A DNA stretch of 64,000 bases from Occultella glacieicola (GTDB lineage Bacteria > Actinomycetota > Actinomycetes > Actinomycetales > Beutenbergiaceae): assembly GCF_004353825.1 (NCBI RefSeq), contig NZ_SMNA01000001.1, positions 186,001 to 250,000 on the forward strand. The letters are read 5' to 3'. Both the position numbers and the translations under genes were made by a program. The notes under the pieces were generated by a model, which was given only the letters and a program-made list of their open reading frames with translations, did no database searches and had not been told where the DNA came from. This document shows positions 1 through 9,174 of the stretch, in pieces. Numbering within the stretch: position 1 is the first letter of the stretch; each line of letters begins with the position of its first letter.

Positions 1-622
1 GCTGGCCCTGCGGACCAGGGACCGCGCCGTGACCGCGGAGGACTACGAGCAACTCGCCCGGGCCGCGGCGCCCGGGATCGCGAGAGTGCGGGCGGTCCCG
101 GCCGTCGGCGATGCCGACGCGGGGGCGGTGCGGGTGCTCGTGGTGCCGTCCGCCGTCCCGGACGACGAGGGCCAGCTCCGGTTCGAGGATCTGGTGCCCT
201 CCTCCGATGATCTCGCCGCGGTGGCGGCCTACCTCGACGACCGGCGCCCGGTGGGGGTGCGCGTGCTCGTGGAGCCGCCGTTCTACCAGGGCGTGACCGT
301 CGTGGCCCGGTTGAGCCCGCGGCCCCGCACGACCGCACACGTGCTCGAGCGCAACGCGATCCGGGCGCTGAACCGGTACTTCGACCCGCTCACCGGAGGG
401 CTCGACGGCGGGGGGTGGCCGTTCGGGAGACCGGTGCAGGCCGGCGAGGTGTACGCCGTGCTGCAGCGTCTGCCCGGCACGGAACTGGTCGAGGACGTGA
501 AGCTGTTCGCGGCCGACCCGATCACCTCGCGGCGGGGCGAGCCGGTTCAACGCATCGAACTGGACCAGCATGCCCTGGCGTTCTCCTACCGGCATCAGGT
601 CCGGATCACGGCGGGAGGCTGA
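1..622 (+). CDS. Baseplate J-like assembly protein of a contractile injection system, C-terminal part (5' end outside window)
   Basis: Frame open from nt 2 (LALRTRDRAVTAEDYE); RAVTxEDYE and GWPFGR motifs typical of actinobacterial CIS baseplate proteins; followed by tail I-like gene. Confidence 0.85.
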   Translation, partial: LALRTRDRAVTAEDYEQLARAAAPGIARVRAVPAVGDADAGAVRVLVVPSAVPDDEGQLRFEDLVPSSDDLAAVAAYLDDRRPVGVRVLVEPPFYQGVTVVARLSPRPRTTAHVLERNAIRALNRYFDPLTGGLDGGGWPFGRPVQAGEVYAVLQRLPGTELVEDVKLFAADPITSRRGEPVQRIELDQHALAFSYRHQVRITAGG

Positions 623-623
623 G

Positions 624-1166
624 ATGCGCGGCATGCTCCCCGGGATCGTCCCGGTCGTCCCGATCGCCTCCCGAATGCCAGGGGTGTACGCCGACGACGA
701 GGCGATGCAGGCCATCACGCGGGCCCTGGACGAGGTGCTGGCGCCGACCTACACCACGCTGGACTCCCTCTGGACCTACCTCGACCCGCACCTGGCGCCG
801 GAGGACTTCCTGGAGTGGCTCGCGGACTGGGTCGGCGTCGAGGTCGACGACGCCTGGTCCCTCGAGCGCAAGCGGGAGATCGTGGCGCAGGCCGCCCAGA
901 TCCACCGCCTGCGCGGCACGGCGGCCGGCCTGGAACTGGCCGTTCGGCTGGTCACGGGAGCGGAGGTCACGGTGGCCGACTCCGGCGGCACCATCTGGTC
1001 GCGGACCCCGGGTGCGGACCTGCCCGGCAAGGCGCCGGCGGAGCTGACCGTGACCGTGCACGTGCCCGACCCGGACACGGTCGACCTGGCCCGGGTGGAC
1101 CGGGTGGTCAGGGACGTCAAGCCCGCGCACGTGCCGCACGTCGTCGAGATCGTGGAGGTGGCCTGA
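624..1166 (+). CDS. Phage tail protein (P2 gpI-like baseplate component of CIS)
   Basis: ATG 1 nt after upstream stop with GGGAGG RBS; YLDPHLAPEDFLEWLADWVG, RLRGTAAGL and KPAHV motifs. Confidence 0.85.
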   Translation: MRGMLPGIVPVVPIASRMPGVYADDEAMQAITRALDEVLAPTYTTLDSLWTYLDPHLAPEDFLEWLADWVGVEVDDAWSLERKREIVAQAAQIHRLRGTAAGLELAVRLVTGAEVTVADSGGTIWSRTPGADLPGKAPAELTVTVHVPDPDTVDLARVDRVVRDVKPAHVPHVVEIVEVA

Positions 1167-2791
1167 TGGTGATCTGTCCCGAATGTGGCACCCGCAACGA
1201 GGTCGGGGAGCAGTTCTGTGGGGGCTGCGGCACCTATCTGGAGTGGGAGGAGGCCGAGTCCGAGGAGGCAGCGGAACCGGCACCCCAACCGGAGCCCGAG
1301 CTGGAACCCGAACTTGTGCCGGACCGGGCCCTGAGCCCGGAGCCGGATCTCGCGCACCCCGGGGCGCCGGAACCGGACGGGCCCCGGCCCGCGGAGCCTG
1401 CACGTGCCCTGCCTCCGGACGCGGTGCCGGACCGGCTCCCCGAGCCCGAACGGGTCCCCGAGCCGGCGCCGGGACGGTCCGCGGAGGTGACCCGAGCGAC
1501 CACGCGACCGGCCCCACCGGCGCCCGGCCCGGCCCCGGAACCGGCGCCCGGCCCGGCGCCCGAACCAACGCCCGGCCCGGCCCCCGAACCAACGCCCGGC
1601 CCGGAAGCGCCGCGGACCACGGGACCGGCCCGTGAACCCGTCTCGGCGTCGGAACCGGGCGCGCAGCCGGACCCGGTGCCGGAACCGGCCCCGCAGCCGC
1701 CGGCGGACTCCGCGACCGAGGCTGCGCCGTCGGGCACCGAACCCGCCCGACCCCCCGGCCAACCGCACCAGAACGGCACACCCGACCGGGAGACCGTCGA
1801 GCAGTCCAAACCGGCCGCGATGATCGCACCGGCGCTGGTGGCGCCGCCCGTGCCGCGCAAGCGCCGGAGCACCAGGGACTCCGAGCGACCCGCGTCCGGC
1901 GCCACCGGAGGGCAGCGCCCGGGTGCTCCCGTGCCCGTCGCCGACCAGCCGGGCGCCCAGTCGCCGGGCACCCCGCAGGCGGTGCGGCCGGGGGCGGCCA
2001 AGCCACGACCGAAGCCCCGGCCGGTCCCCGAGGACGAACCGCCGCCCGCCCCCGGCGACCTCATCTGCGGCAACTGCGGCACCGGGAACGTGCCCACCCG
2101 CAAGTTCTGCCGCCGCTGCGGGACCAGCCTCGCCGAGGCGAAGGTGCAACCGACCCGGTCCTGGTGGCGGCGCCTTCTGCGTCCCGACGCCAAGCCCGGT
2201 CCCGCGGCCGGCACCCGGCCCAAGACCCGTCGGCGCAGGTTCCCCACGAGGCTGGTCAGTGTCGTCGTCATCCTCGGACTGCTCACCGCGGCCGGACTGT
2301 ACTTCCGACCCGAGCTCGAGCGGGCCTATCAGAGCGTGCTGGACCGGGCCCAGGGCAATGCGACGGTGAACCCGACCGCCTTCACGGCGTCGAGCGAGGG
2401 CACGGAGACGCCGGCGACGAACCTGGGGGACGGCACCAACGACCGCGCCTGGATGCCCGCGGCACCCGGCCCGAGCGCCGGCCAGTGGGTCGAGGTGACG
2501 TTCGCGCAGCCGTTCCGGATGGTCCGGATCCTGGTGACGTCGGGCGCGTCCTCGGTGCAGGAGGACTTCCTCGCGCAGGACCGGCCGCAGACCGTGACCG
2601 TGACCATCACCACGGACACCGGCGCCCAGGTGAGCGAGGACGTGGTCCTCGAGGACGTCGCGGGCGCTCAGAGCGTCGAGCTCGTGGCCGAGGGGGTGGT
2701 GGCGGTCCGGATGACGGTCGTGGACACCTGGGACCCGAGACCCGAGACCTACGTGGCCATCGCCGAGCTGGAGTTCAGGGGGCGCGAGTAG
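1166..2791 (+). CDS. Zinc-ribbon / Pro-rich / single-TM protein with C-terminal discoidin-like glycan-binding domain; candidate CIS membrane adaptor
   Basis: TGATG coupling at 1164-1168; CPECG..FCGGCG and CGNCG..FCRRCG; long Pro/Glu linker; TM LVSVVVILGLLTAAGLYF after basic stretch; C-terminal DGTNDRAW...WVEVTF...AIAELEF. Confidence 0.75.
   Translation: MVICPECGTRNEVGEQFCGGCGTYLEWEEAESEEAAEPAPQPEPELEPELVPDRALSPEPDLAHPGAPEPDGPRPAEPARALPPDAVPDRLPEPERVPEPAPGRSAEVTRATTRPAPPAPGPAPEPAPGPAPEPTPGPAPEPTPGPEAPRTTGPAREPVSASEPGAQPDPVPEPAPQPPADSATEAAPSGTEPARPPGQPHQNGTPDRETVEQSKPAAMIAPALVAPPVPRKRRSTRDSERPASGATGGQRPGAPVPVADQPGAQSPGTPQAVRPGAAKPRPKPRPVPEDEPPPAPGDLICGNCGTGNVPTRKFCRRCGTSLAEAKVQPTRSWWRRLLRPDAKPGPAAGTRPKTRRRRFPTRLVSVVVILGLLTAAGLYFRPELERAYQSVLDRAQGNATVNPTAFTASSEGTETPATNLGDGTNDRAWMPAAPGPSAGQWVEVTFAQPFRMVRILVTSGASSVQEDFLAQDRPQTVTVTITTDTGAQVSEDVVLEDVAGAQSVELVAEGVVAVRMTVVDTWDPRPETYVAIAELEFRGRE
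1520..1604 (+). repeat. 24-nt tandem repeat (3.5 copies) encoding (A/T)PGPAPEP
   Basis: GCGCCCGGCCCGGCCCCGGAACCG / GCGCCCGGCCCGGCGCCCGAACCA / ACGCCCGGCCCGGCCCCCGAACCA / ACGCCCGGCCCGG. Confidence 0.9.
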
Positions 2792-5700
2792 GTTCGGTGG
2801 GGACGCCGAGGGTGGCGAGCATCTCCGCGTAGTGGCGCTGCGCCCGACGCGCCTCCGCCGTCGCGCCGGCTCGGGTGAGCGCGTCGATCAGCAACTGCCA
2901 GGACGCGTCGCGGAAGCTGTCGAACTCGATGCTCCGGTTGGCTGCGTGGGCGGCCGCCTCGGGGTTGCCTGCCGCCAGCTCCACGGTACCGAGAGCCGCG
3001 GCGGCCTCGGCGGCCTGCCCGCGGTAGCGATCCCGGGGTCCGATCACCCACTCGGCCGGGCCGTCCTCGGGCAGCAGGTCCCCCCCGTACAGGTCGAGGG
3101 CGCGCCGCAGGGCCGCGGCGTGGGCGACCGGGTCCGTGGCGCGGGTCCGGTTCGCGGTCCGGATCGCCTCCTCGAACTCCACGACGTCGCATCGTGAATT
3201 GCTGCGCAGGTGCAGCGCGTAGGCCTCACCGTCCCGCACCAGCAGGGTGCTGCTGCGCGCGGGCCGGCCGGGCTCCAGGCACCGGCGGATGGTGGACACA
3301 CTCACCTGCAGGTTGTGCATGGCGGCGGCGGGGTCGAGGTCCCGCCAGAGTGCCTCGGCCAGGCGCTCGCGGTGCACCGGGCGGCCGGCGCTGAGGGAGA
3401 GGATGCGCAGCACCGCCCGGGCCCGCGGCCGCATCTGACCCAGGTCGACGCTACGTCCGCGCACGGTGATCGAGAACGCGCCGAAGCAGCGCACGTCGAG
3501 TTCCGCCGTCTGCGCCGCGGACCGGTCGGGGGCGACCGTGGCTGGTTCCGATGCGGGCGTGGCGGCCCGGTCGGCCGGGCGGCCGGGGAACGGGTCGACC
3601 GGCTCGGGCGCCAGCCACTCCCAGGGTCGGGCCAGCAGTCCCTCGGCGTCCGCTGTCGAGGTCGCCAGGTGCATCATCTCGCCCGCGTGGGCACCGTCGG
3701 CGGCGCCGTCACGGGCCAGCGTCGCGTAGGCGGTCGCCAGCGCGCCGGGCACAGCGAGGGTCCGGGCGAAGGACTCGGCGGCCACGGCGTCGGCCGCCGC
3801 ATCCGGCAGCCGGGCGGAGGTGGCCGTGAGCGCGTACAGCGATCGCGACCATGCCTCGAGCGCCGTGGCGCCGAGCGTCCGGAACCGCAGTCCGAGGTCC
3901 TCCCACTCCTGCGGATGCACCCCACCCGCGCGCAGGCAGAAGAGTGACAGCGACCAGGAGATGATGGCCGCGCCCCAGGCGTCCCCGATCCGGTCGCAGT
4001 GTCGGATCAGGGTGTGCGCGCGCCGATGGGACCGCTCGTCCCCGTCGAAGCAGATGATCGCTCCGTGGGCGAGCCGGGCCAGCCAGGTGGCCCCCGCCTG
4101 CTCGGCGGCCACATACACACGGTCGATGGCGGCGAGCGTCGGCAGCGTCGGACGCGTGGAGGCCATCGCGACCTCCGCGAGCCGGGCCGCGAGCGCCATC
4201 TCGTCCGGGGCCTCGGGGTCGGAGGCGCACTGGTGCAGCACGTCGGTCGCGGTGCGCTGATCACCGGCGATCAACAGACCGATGCCCTCCGCGAGGGCGC
4301 CGCCCGGGCCTCGCTGACGGGCTGCGCGCCGAGCCGCCAGCAGCGGGTCCCTCCGGGTCGCCTCGCGGATGCACAACTCCCAGCTCTCGGCGCGGTCCGA
4401 CGCGGGTGTGGTCACCCATGCGCCCGCGCTGACGGCGATCGCCCGGGTCGCGGCCCGCTCGGCCGCGCTGCTGGAGTCGCCGAGGTCGTCCAGGAGGTTA
4501 CGGACGTGGTCGAACCGCCCGTCGAGGTGCGCGGCACGGGCGCGGGCGATGGTGCGCCAGGGAGGTGGGCCGATCCGGTCGACGGGCAGCGGGTCGGTCC
4601 AGAGCCGTCCGCGGCCGTCGACCGAGCCGGTCCCGACGTCCTCCAGGACTTCGGTCAGGGACCGCCAGTCCTCCGCCAGGCAGAGTGCCCGCATCGCCTC
4701 GTGGGTGGCCCCCTCGGTGCGCAGCACGGCGGCGGCGCGCGAGAGGTCGGCGGCGGCTCGCTCCGGGCCGAGCTCGGCGCGGGCCGCGGCGAGGAGATGA
4801 CGGCGCAGCACCCGGTGCATGCGCAGACGACCGTTGCCGGCGTCGATCAGCAACGGCAGGGACCGGGCCGCCGCCTGCAGGTCCTCGTGCCCGGTGTCGG
4901 TGCCGCGGAGCGCGTCGACGCGGGCGGCGCTGAGGTCCTCGAACACGGCCACGTCGGCCAGGAACTGCCGCTGCGGCGGGGGCAGGGCCTGCAGCATGGT
5001 CGCGTCCAGGTAGGCCCGCGCGTAGTCGGCGTGCACGGGCAGCGCGTGCACCGCGCGCCGGCGCTCGGCGGGCAGCCGGCCCTCGATGGCGCGTTGGAAC
5101 AGGCGCACCGCTGCGGCCCAGCCCTCGGTCTCCCGGGTGATCGTCACCACGTCGTCGTGCGGCAACGGCTCGTCGCCGGCCGTGCGCAGCAGGGCCTCGG
5201 TGTCCCAGACCCGGAACCGCAGATCGGCTCCGGTGAGCAGGACGGGTGCCGGGATCTCCGAACGGGTCAGGTTCAGGGTGGGCATCGTGCGGGAGCCGAT
5301 CAGGATCCGCAGGCGGTCGCTGGTGCTGAGGATGAGCGTCTCCAGCTCGGCCTCAGCGGGGGTGCCGACGACGTGGTGGACGTCGTCGAGGACGAGCAGC
5401 AGGGGCGCCGCCTGATGGTCGACGGCGTCCAGCACGTCCGCGACGCCGGTCGCCTCGGTCATGGGCGGGCGGGTGGCGCGGCCGGTCCGCTTCGCGGGTG
5501 CGGTCGCCACCGCACCCTCGGGCCCCCCGATCGGTCTGGCAGCCCGCACCGCGGTCGCGATCGCTCGGATCAGGGTGAGCGGGTCCGCCTCCGATCGGGT
5601 GAGCCGGCACCAGGCCACCGGCCCACCGTGGGTCCGGGCCCAGCGCGCCATCAGGGTCGTCTTTCCCGTTCCCGCCCAGGCAACGACGAGTCCGAGACGG

Positions 5701-5816
5701 GTCGCCTTGATCCCGTCCAGGGACCGGAGCAGCGTCGAACGCGGCACGCCCCAGGTCTGTGGGACGCGCGTCGTCGAGACCGTTTCCCGGCCATCGATCC
5801 TGACGCCTTCGGCCAC
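2775..5816 (-). CDS. MalT-like STAND ATPase transcriptional regulator with C-terminal SARP wHTH + BTAD domain
   Basis: Walker A AGTGKTT, Walker B LLVLDDVH, TEGWAA; C-terminal VRCFGAF, ERLAEALW, ALDLYGGDLLPEDG; GTG at 5816 has GGGAGG RBS. Confidence 0.8.
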   Translation of the reverse strand: MAEGVRIDGRETVSTTRVPQTWGVPRSTLLRSLDGIKATRLGLVVAWAGTGKTTLMARWARTHGGPVAWCRLTRSEADPLTLIRAIATAVRAARPIGGPEGAVATAPAKRTGRATRPPMTEATGVADVLDAVDHQAAPLLLVLDDVHHVVGTPAEAELETLILSTSDRLRILIGSRTMPTLNLTRSEIPAPVLLTGADLRFRVWDTEALLRTAGDEPLPHDDVVTITRETEGWAAAVRLFQRAIEGRLPAERRRAVHALPVHADYARAYLDATMLQALPPPQRQFLADVAVFEDLSAARVDALRGTDTGHEDLQAAARSLPLLIDAGNGRLRMHRVLRRHLLAAARAELGPERAAADLSRAAAVLRTEGATHEAMRALCLAEDWRSLTEVLEDVGTGSVDGRGRLWTDPLPVDRIGPPPWRTIARARAAHLDGRFDHVRNLLDDLGDSSSAAERAATRAIAVSAGAWVTTPASDRAESWELCIREATRRDPLLAARRAARQRGPGGALAEGIGLLIAGDQRTATDVLHQCASDPEAPDEMALAARLAEVAMASTRPTLPTLAAIDRVYVAAEQAGATWLARLAHGAIICFDGDERSHRRAHTLIRHCDRIGDAWGAAIISWSLSLFCLRAGGVHPQEWEDLGLRFRTLGATALEAWSRSLYALTATSARLPDAAADAVAAESFARTLAVPGALATAYATLARDGAADGAHAGEMMHLATSTADAEGLLARPWEWLAPEPVDPFPGRPADRAATPASEPATVAPDRSAAQTAELDVRCFGAFSITVRGRSVDLGQMRPRARAVLRILSLSAGRPVHRERLAEALWRDLDPAAAMHNLQVSVSTIRRCLEPGRPARSSTLLVRDGEAYALHLRSNSRCDVVEFEEAIRTANRTRATDPVAHAAALRRALDLYGGDLLPEDGPAEWVIGPRDRYRGQAAEAAAALGTVELAAGNPEAAAHAANRSIEFDSFRDASWQLLIDALTRAGATAEARRAQRHYAEMLATLGVPTEPTRAP

Positions 5817-5958
5817 GGGCCGCCTCCCGGTCCTAACGTTTCTGAGCATAGGCCGGACGGACTCTCGAAGTTGCCCGAATGGGCGACCGGTCTCACCCGT
5901 ACAGGAGGCCCGTTCGGGTGTTCTGATACCTCAGAGCCGGGCGCCGGAACGGTGCTCG

Positions 5959-7305
5959 TCAGGCACCCAGGACCATCCAGGCGGTGCCGCGCGCCCGCAG
6001 GCCCGTGGTGAGGGCGCGGGCGCCCACGAAGCCCCCCGCGAAGGCGGCCCACAACCACGCCAGCCCCGCCGCGCCGTCGGGAGCCCACAGCCAGACCGCG
6101 CCCACCAACGGGAGGTAGACGACGAGCGTGAGCACCCCGGCCCACGCGAGGAACCGGCCGTCCCCGGCGCCCATCAGGACGCCATCGAGCACGAACGGCC
6201 ACGCCGCCAGCGGCAGCAGCAGACCGATCACCACCAGGGAGATGGCCGCGGCCCGCTGCACCTGGGGGTCGGAGGTGAACAGCGGGGTGACGAGCCAGCC
6301 GAGCCCGGCGATGAGCACTCCCATGGCCGCGCCCGCGGCCGTACCCCACTGCAGGCAACGGCGGATGACCGAGCGGACCTCGGCGGCGTTCCGGGCGCCG
6401 AGAGCGTGCCCGACCAGTGCCTGGGCCGCGATCGCGAGGGCGTCGAGGGCGAACGCGGTCAGCACCCAGATCGCGTTCACGATCTGGTGCGCGGCGAGGG
6501 TGGCGTCCCCCAGCCTGGTGGCCGTGGCCACGGTGATCAGGATCGCCGCCCGGAGGGTGAGCGTCCGGATCAGCAGCGGAGTCCCCGCGCGGGCGTTGGC
6601 CAGGATCCCGGCCGGGTGCGGCCGCAGCCCCACGCCGCGGGCCCGGGCGCCGCGGAGCACGATCGCGGCGAGCACGGCGCCCATGCCGAGCTGGGTGAGC
6701 GCGGTGGCGAGGCCCGACCCCGCGATGCCCATGCCGAACCCGTACACGAGCGTGATCGATCCGATCGTGTTGACGACCGCGCCGACGACCGCGACCACGA
6801 GCGGCGTGCGGGTGTCCTGGAGCCCGCGCAACGCGCCGGTCGCCGCGAGGACCACGAGCATCCCGGGGATCCCGGGCGCCGAGGCCCGCAGGTACGCGGT
6901 CGCCTGCGGGACCACCTCCGCGGAGGCGCCGAGCGCCGTCACGATCGGTTCCGCGGCACCCACGGCGACGGCGAGGGTCGCCACGCCGAGGCCGAGCGCC
7001 AGCCAGATGCCGTCGAGCCCGACGGCGAGGGCACCCTTGGTGTCGCCGGCGCCCAGGCGCCGGGCGACGGCGCCGGTGGTGGCGTAGGCGAGGAAGACGA
7101 ACACCGCGACGATCGTGACCAGCACCGTCGAGGCGAGGGTCAGCCCGGCGAGTTCGGCGGTGCCGAGGTGACCGACCACAGCCGAGTCGATGAGCACGAA
7201 CAGCGGCTCGGCGACGAGGGCGCCGAGCGCCGGGACTGCGAGGGACAGGATCCGCCGGTCGAGGGCCCGCCGGTCATCGGCGTGTACGCCCGGCGTGTCG
7301 TCCAC
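5959..7305 (-). CDS. MATE family (DinF-like) efflux transporter
   Basis: LAVPALGALVAEPLFVLIDSAVVGHLG, LRGLQDTRTPL, DGVLMGAGD; many hydrophobic segments; GTG at 7305 with GGAGG RBS. Confidence 0.9.
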   Translation of the reverse strand: MDDTPGVHADDRRALDRRILSLAVPALGALVAEPLFVLIDSAVVGHLGTAELAGLTLASTVLVTIVAVFVFLAYATTGAVARRLGAGDTKGALAVGLDGIWLALGLGVATLAVAVGAAEPIVTALGASAEVVPQATAYLRASAPGIPGMLVVLAATGALRGLQDTRTPLVVAVVGAVVNTIGSITLVYGFGMGIAGSGLATALTQLGMGAVLAAIVLRGARARGVGLRPHPAGILANARAGTPLLIRTLTLRAAILITVATATRLGDATLAAHQIVNAIWVLTAFALDALAIAAQALVGHALGARNAAEVRSVIRRCLQWGTAAGAAMGVLIAGLGWLVTPLFTSDPQVQRAAAISLVVIGLLLPLAAWPFVLDGVLMGAGDGRFLAWAGVLTLVVYLPLVGAVWLWAPDGAAGLAWLWAAFAGGFVGARALTTGLRARGTAWMVLGA

Positions 7306-7323
7306 CGATCCTCCGAGTAATTG

Positions 7324-7464
7324 TTGTGCACACCCTGGGTACGGCGGATTCGTTCGGATTCCGCCGGTGCTCACGTGTTATCCACACCCGTGGACGGACC
7401 CTGTGCACAACGATTTCCGCTGCGGTCCACATGCTGTCCACAGCCTAGGGGGTGTTCGTCCCCA
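7324..7464. promoter_or_regulatory. Cluster of DnaA boxes upstream of dnaB
   Basis: Perfect TTATCCACA 7378-7386; TTGTGCACA 7324-7332; TTGTGCACA on minus strand 7402-7410; CTGTCCACA 7434-7442; weaker CGGTCCACA 7423-7431 and TCGTCCCCA 7456-7464. Confidence 0.75.
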
Positions 7465-7685
7465 GGCCGTCGCGAGGCCGGCTTGTGGGGTGCACCGTGG
7501 GGGGCATACGGTCACGCGGGTGTGCCGGGCCGACCCTCGACGCGGGCGACGGAGCGGGCGTTGTCGGTGGTCTCCGATACACATGTACGAATGGGATTTT
7601 GAACGCTCACGATGTCAGGGGAGGCGGTCCACGCGATGGCCAGGGCTCGGTTCGACGGACGTGACCAGGCACGGAGGGTAGGGCA

Positions 7686-9038
7686 GTGAGCGTCACCGAG
7701 ATGTCTCCGGCGCGGGAGAGCTTCGAGCGCACCCCGCCGCAGGACGTGGCCGCCGAGCAGAGCGTGATCGGCGGCATGCTCCTGTCCAAGGACGCGATCG
7801 CGGACGTGGTCGAGGTGCTCCGCGGCACCGACTTCTACCGCCCGGCGCACGAACTGATCTACGACGCGATCCTGGACCTGTACGGCCGCGGCGAGCCGGC
7901 CGACGCCGTCACCGTCTCCGCCGAACTCACCAAGCGCGGCGAGCTCACCCGCATCGGCGGCGCCCCGTACCTGCACACCCTGCTGTCCTCCGTGCCCACG
8001 GCGGCCAACGCCGGCTACTACGCCCGGATCGTGCGCGAGCGGGCCGTGCTGCGCCGCCTGGTGGACGCCGGCACCCGGATCGTGCAGCTGGGCTACGCCA
8101 CCGACGGCGGGGACGTCGACGAGCTGGTCAACACCGCCCAGGCCGAGGTGTACGCCGTCACCGAGCGACGCACCGCCGAGGACTACGTCCCGCTCAAGGA
8201 CGTCATCAACTCCACCATGGAGGAGATCGACGCCGCCTCCCACCGCGGCGAGGGGATGGTCGGGGTGCCGACCGGGTTCGCCGACCTCGACGCGCTCACC
8301 AACGGGCTGCACCCCGGGCAGATGATCGTGCTGGCGGCGCGACCAGCTGTGGGCAAAAGCACTATGGGACTCGATGTCGCCCGCGCTGCGTCCATCAAGA
8401 ACGGGCAGACGTCGGTCATCTTCTCCCTGGAGATGAGCCGCAACGAGATCGCGATGCGGATGCTCTCCGCGGAGTCGCAGGTGCCGCTGCAGAACATGCG
8501 CAAGGGCAACATGCGCGACGAGGACTGGACCCGGATGGCGCGCGCGATGGGCCGGGTGTCCGAGGCTCCGCTGTTCATCGACGACAGCCCGAACATGTCG
8601 CTGATGGAGATCCGCGCGAAGTGTCGACGGCTCAAGCAGCGCCACGACCTCAAGCTCGTCGTCATCGACTATCTCCAGCTGATGAGTTCGGGCAAGCGCG
8701 TGGAGTCCCGGCAGCAGGAGGTCTCCGAGTTCTCGCGTGCGCTGAAGCTGCTTGCCAAGGAGCTCGAGGTCCCGGTCATTGCGATTTCGCAGCTCAACCG
8801 GGGCTCCGAGCAGCGGACCGACAAGAAGCCGCAGATGAGCGACCTGCGTGAGAGCGGCAGCATCGAGCAGGACGCGGACGTCATCATCCTGCTCCACCGC
8901 GAGGACATGTACGAGAAGGAGTCCCCGCGCGCGGGTGAGGCGGACATGATCGTGGCCAAGCACCGAAACGGTCCCACGGACACGATCGTCGTGGCGTTCC
9001 AGGGCCACTACGCGCGGTTCGTGGACATGGCCCAGTAG
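7686..9038 (+). CDS. dnaB: Replicative DNA helicase DnaB (intein-free)
   Basis: PPQDVAAEQSVIG, Walker A ARPAVGKS, FSLEMS, VVIDYLQL, SQLNR, DLRESGSIEQDAD, AKHRNGP; 450 aa. Confidence 0.98.
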   Translation: MSVTEMSPARESFERTPPQDVAAEQSVIGGMLLSKDAIADVVEVLRGTDFYRPAHELIYDAILDLYGRGEPADAVTVSAELTKRGELTRIGGAPYLHTLLSSVPTAANAGYYARIVRERAVLRRLVDAGTRIVQLGYATDGGDVDELVNTAQAEVYAVTERRTAEDYVPLKDVINSTMEEIDAASHRGEGMVGVPTGFADLDALTNGLHPGQMIVLAARPAVGKSTMGLDVARAASIKNGQTSVIFSLEMSRNEIAMRMLSAESQVPLQNMRKGNMRDEDWTRMARAMGRVSEAPLFIDDSPNMSLMEIRAKCRRLKQRHDLKLVVIDYLQLMSSGKRVESRQQEVSEFSRALKLLAKELEVPVIAISQLNRGSEQRTDKKPQMSDLRESGSIEQDADVIILLHREDMYEKESPRAGEADMIVAKHRNGPTDTIVVAFQGHYARFVDMAQ

Positions 9039-9174
9039 TTGTGACGGGAGGTTCCTCAAGACGGCGGGCCGTCGCCATATTCGCGTGCCGCCGTGACCGG
9101 ATCTCCTTTCCGAGGGCGTGACCGGTGCGGTCTCGCGTGAGTGGACGCCAGCACGCCGTCGCCAGGCGGCTCGG

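Noticed and set aside
1..1166. Prophage
   Set aside because: No capsid, terminase, lysis or integrase genes visible; gene order matches actinobacterial CIS, though the upstream part cannot be seen
5850..5958. Hairpins upstream of the BTAD regulator as a riboswitch or regulon box
   Set aside because: No riboswitch consensus recognised and only half-sites of the palindrome; an Rfam search would be needed
7306..7685. Possible oriC
   Set aside because: DnaA boxes are present but dnaA/dnaN and an AT-rich unwinding element are not; treated as a regulatory cluster
7686..9038. Intein in DnaB
   Set aside because: Protein is 450 aa and both known insertion sites (GK/S and ESG/S) are uninterrupted
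3999..9059. Long ORFs 3999..6011, 5461..7320 and 7512..9059
   Set aside because: Antisense to well-supported regulator, MATE and dnaB genes; Arg/Gly/Pro-rich translations typical of non-coding frames
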